NCBI RefSeq assembly: GCF_025526975.1 | Contig: NW_026515685.1 | Span: forward strand, 124,001 to 188,000 | Reading direction: 5' to 3' | Origin: Fimicolochytrium jonesii | Taxonomy: Eukaryota | Length of the DNA: 64,000 nucleotides | The notes under the pieces: generated by a model | Database searches by the model: none | Told to the model about the DNA's origin: nothing | What the model saw: only the letters and a program-made list of their open reading frames with translations | In this document: positions 61,305-64,000 of the stretch, in pieces | Numbering within the stretch: the first letter of the stretch is position 1 | Layout: every line of letters starts with the position of its first letter | Program-made: the position numbers and the translations under genes

Positions 61305-62080
61305 TCTGTTCTGATCCGATCTCCTCTCCGCCGGAAGCGGAAGCAAGTGACTCCTATCCACACGTAGGAAGCGACCGAGCGACGTCACTATACCCATCGA
61401 CCAAGCTCTCATCTCGCCTCCCCTTCCGCCATGACTTGTGCACATCAACACCCCTAACCTAGCTCCACGGCAGCTAGTTCCAGACAATGTTTTTTGTTTT
61501 TTTTTGGGTAGTCGGGCCGCCTTCCCCTGTTGTAGGGCACGTGGTGGTCGTTTCGTTCGGCGGGGAGTCCATTCGGGTTTTTTTTGGTCACGGTTGCGGG
61601 GGCTTAGGATTAGCATTAGTGGGACTGCTGCTCGTGTTTGTAGTGGAGTAGTGTAGTGGATGGACGATGAGGGTAGGGGTTTCGACATTCTGCTGGGGGA
61701 TGGGTTTTGGGCGGTGCCAGGAAATCAAATCGTGCCATCGTCCACGTGCGGCCCTCAACATGATTTTTGAAAATGGACATGCACATCAAGCACCATGACA
61801 AAACTCAACTCGGGATCGTTCGCATCTCAAAAGGGGTCTTTGTGCATCTCAAAAAGGGGTCTTCGTGCATTAAGTAAAGGGGTAAACGAAACAAAAAAAG
61901 GGGGGGGGGGCGGGGACATGTAAACAGACGAACCAAACTCTAAGAAAAACAAAGACAGAACAACGGGATCCAGTAATTCTAGTGTATAATATACAAAACC
62001 CAAGCTCTCAACCACTCCCTGCACCGGTACCGGTCCTGCGTTTACGCCGTTGTGGTGTCCCAGTCAACCGTGGTTTCGCT

Positions 62081-64000
62081 CTACTCAAACAACGCCACGA
62101 GATCCTTCACATGCTTGGCAATCTCATAACTAACCTCCGCACACCCCTGGCGGTCGGCCTCCCTCGCGCGGCGCTCCAACCCCTCCACCGCGCTGCCCAT
62201 GATCGTCAGCAAGATCTCCGCCTGCGGTCTGACATCCTCGTCGATCATGTCCATGCTTTTGGTGGTCTGTGTGGTGATGTGGGTCACGGTGGATGTGATG
62301 AGCGGGATGGCGGCGGGGATGTGGGTGGAGGCCGAGCGGAGTTGGGTGAGCAGCGATGTGATGTGGGTGACCAGGGCGTCGGTTTGGTCTTCCAGGTAGA
62401 GTTTCAGACTCAGCGGGTCCAACGGCGCGGAAGTGTTTGAAACGGTGGGGCGGGCGAGGGAGGGTGCCGAGGTCGAGGTGTACATCAGTCCCGAGTTCGA
62501 GGGCGAGGTCACCGTGGCTGTTGTTGTGGGGGAGTACGGCTGTTGGTGTTTGGGGTCCGGTGAGGTGTTATTGATCCGGAACGATCGGGTGTCGAGCGGG
62601 GAGAGCGGTGTGACGGGCGGGGAGGTATCGGTCCCCATATCCATTCGTCTTCCGTTCATGTTGTTGTTCCGCGCGGGCCCGCCCTCGGTGTTTAACCTTC
62701 GTATACACTCCAACATATCCACGACGGCGCTTTCCAATTCCTCCACACCCTCCTCAAACGCGTTCATGAGCTCAACCCCCTTCCGTCGTCGTCGTCCGCC
62801 CCCATTGGCGTGTTCCTTGGACACGTTCATCAGATTGGTTAAGCGGTCCGTGAGGGTGTCCCGCGCGTTGGCGACGGCGCGGAGAGTGGGGTGGGGAGCG
62901 CGGGAGAGTGTGCCGCCGATCTCGAACGCGGTGGAGCCATACAGGCTGTCGACGGTCGTGTCAGCGGACTCGGTGATGGCTTTTACGGAGATGATGAGGT
63001 TGCGTAACGGTCCCAGTACCGCTGTGGGTGGTTGTGATTCCGTGTTGTTGTCGGGTCGTACTGTGTCTAGCAATATTGCCGCGGCGGACTTGTAGGATTG
63101 GAACAACGGGTCGGCGGTTATTGGCGGTGGTTTGGTGTTGGAGGTGGTGGAACGACTCGCATCCTGGGAGAATTTCCGGCCGGAGAGGGCCGTGGAGATT
63201 TTGGAGAGTGGGGAGGAGGAAGGTGTTGGCGAAGGTGAGGGTGGGGCGGCGGAGGATTGGGAGAAGAGGTCGCCTTTTGCAGAGTCCATGCGGCTGCGGG
63301 CGGCGGATTCGGCTTTGAGGGCGTTTGCTAGGTCGGCTTTTAGTCGCTGGACCTGTGTGAGAAGAACGACATAAGGTCAATTCGATGCTTTCTCAATCGT
63401 GGTTTCTCGGAATAGATTGTGTAACCCCTTCCTACCTCCTCCTTCAGTCCCCGCATGGTATCAGCATCCCGATCCCTCTGCTCCAGCAAACTCTGGTTCT
63501 TTTCCGTCAACAGCTTCACATCCTCTAATAACTGCAACTTCTCCTCCTCAGCCGCTGCGGCCTGCTCTTTCGACGAGCTCGCTTCCAATCTCGCTTGCAG
63601 GTCCTGCCAAAACAAAAGGGTGAGAACACGCTTCTGGGAGGTTTCATCACAACAACGCCCCGCGAAAGCCTACCTCCTTCTCCCTCCCGACAACCTTAAC
63701 CTCCTCCCTCACGGCATCATAGTCCTCAATTAGCTCATCATATTTCTTTTTCCACTCCCGCGCATCTTTCTTTTCCGCCTCCAGCTCTTTTTCCAGTTTC
63801 AGCACGTCGTCCTCGAGCCGGTCGTAGTCTTCTTTGAGGGGGCGGGCGTCGAGTTCGAGACGGAGGGAAGCGATTTGGGACTCGAGGGGGCGGATGCGCG
63901 GGTCGTCCTGTGGAAGAGAGAGGTGAGCATGCCTGGAAAAACAACACGAGGCGCAACGAGACATAAGAATGTAATCCCGGAAAAACTTACGAAAGAAGAA
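62081..64000 (-). CDS. SPA2: Spa2/GIT-like polarisome scaffold, 3' part (runs off the window)
   Basis: Coiled-coil exons and C-terminal helical bundle LKLYLEDQTDALVTHITSLL...SYEIAKHVKDLV, typical of Spa2/GIT C-termini; SHD repeats not in the window. Confidence 0.72.

Overview
This is eukaryotic, intron-rich, GC-rich DNA with short (about 55-110 nt) GT-AG introns. Gene content and style suggest an early-diverging fungus, probably a chytrid (inference). All calls come from motif reading and manual splicing; no searches were run. The left 5.5 kb is mobile-element debris: an intact IS630/Tc1 DD34E transposase, an orphan TIR-like end and an LTR-retrotransposon remnant. Host genes follow: I78 protease inhibitor, Vps39/TGFBRAP1-family, CCDC174-like, DHHC palmitoyltransferase, FMO, RluA pseudouridine synthase, SGT2, a membrane-anchored PIP5K-like kinase, NOT4, FAD monooxygenase, arrestin, a Cache/HAMP-like receptor with no output domain, a Myb protein, a 7TM protein and the 3' part of SPA2. 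The centrepiece is a structurally complete ~5.8 kb DIRS-type tyrosine-recombinase retrotransposon (~18175-23988, minus strand). It has 86-bp ITRs, an internal complementary region copying the circle junction, gag, RT-RNaseH-adenine-methyltransferase, and a YR frame open across all of pol. It also has an apparent spliceosomal intron in its own leader and sits antisense inside a ~53-nt host intron. Other oddities: an inverted duplication folding a gene back on itself (38.2 kb), a CGAGCGnnAGCGAG motif array shared by two introns, and a heavily decayed kinase pseudogene that no single ORF shows.
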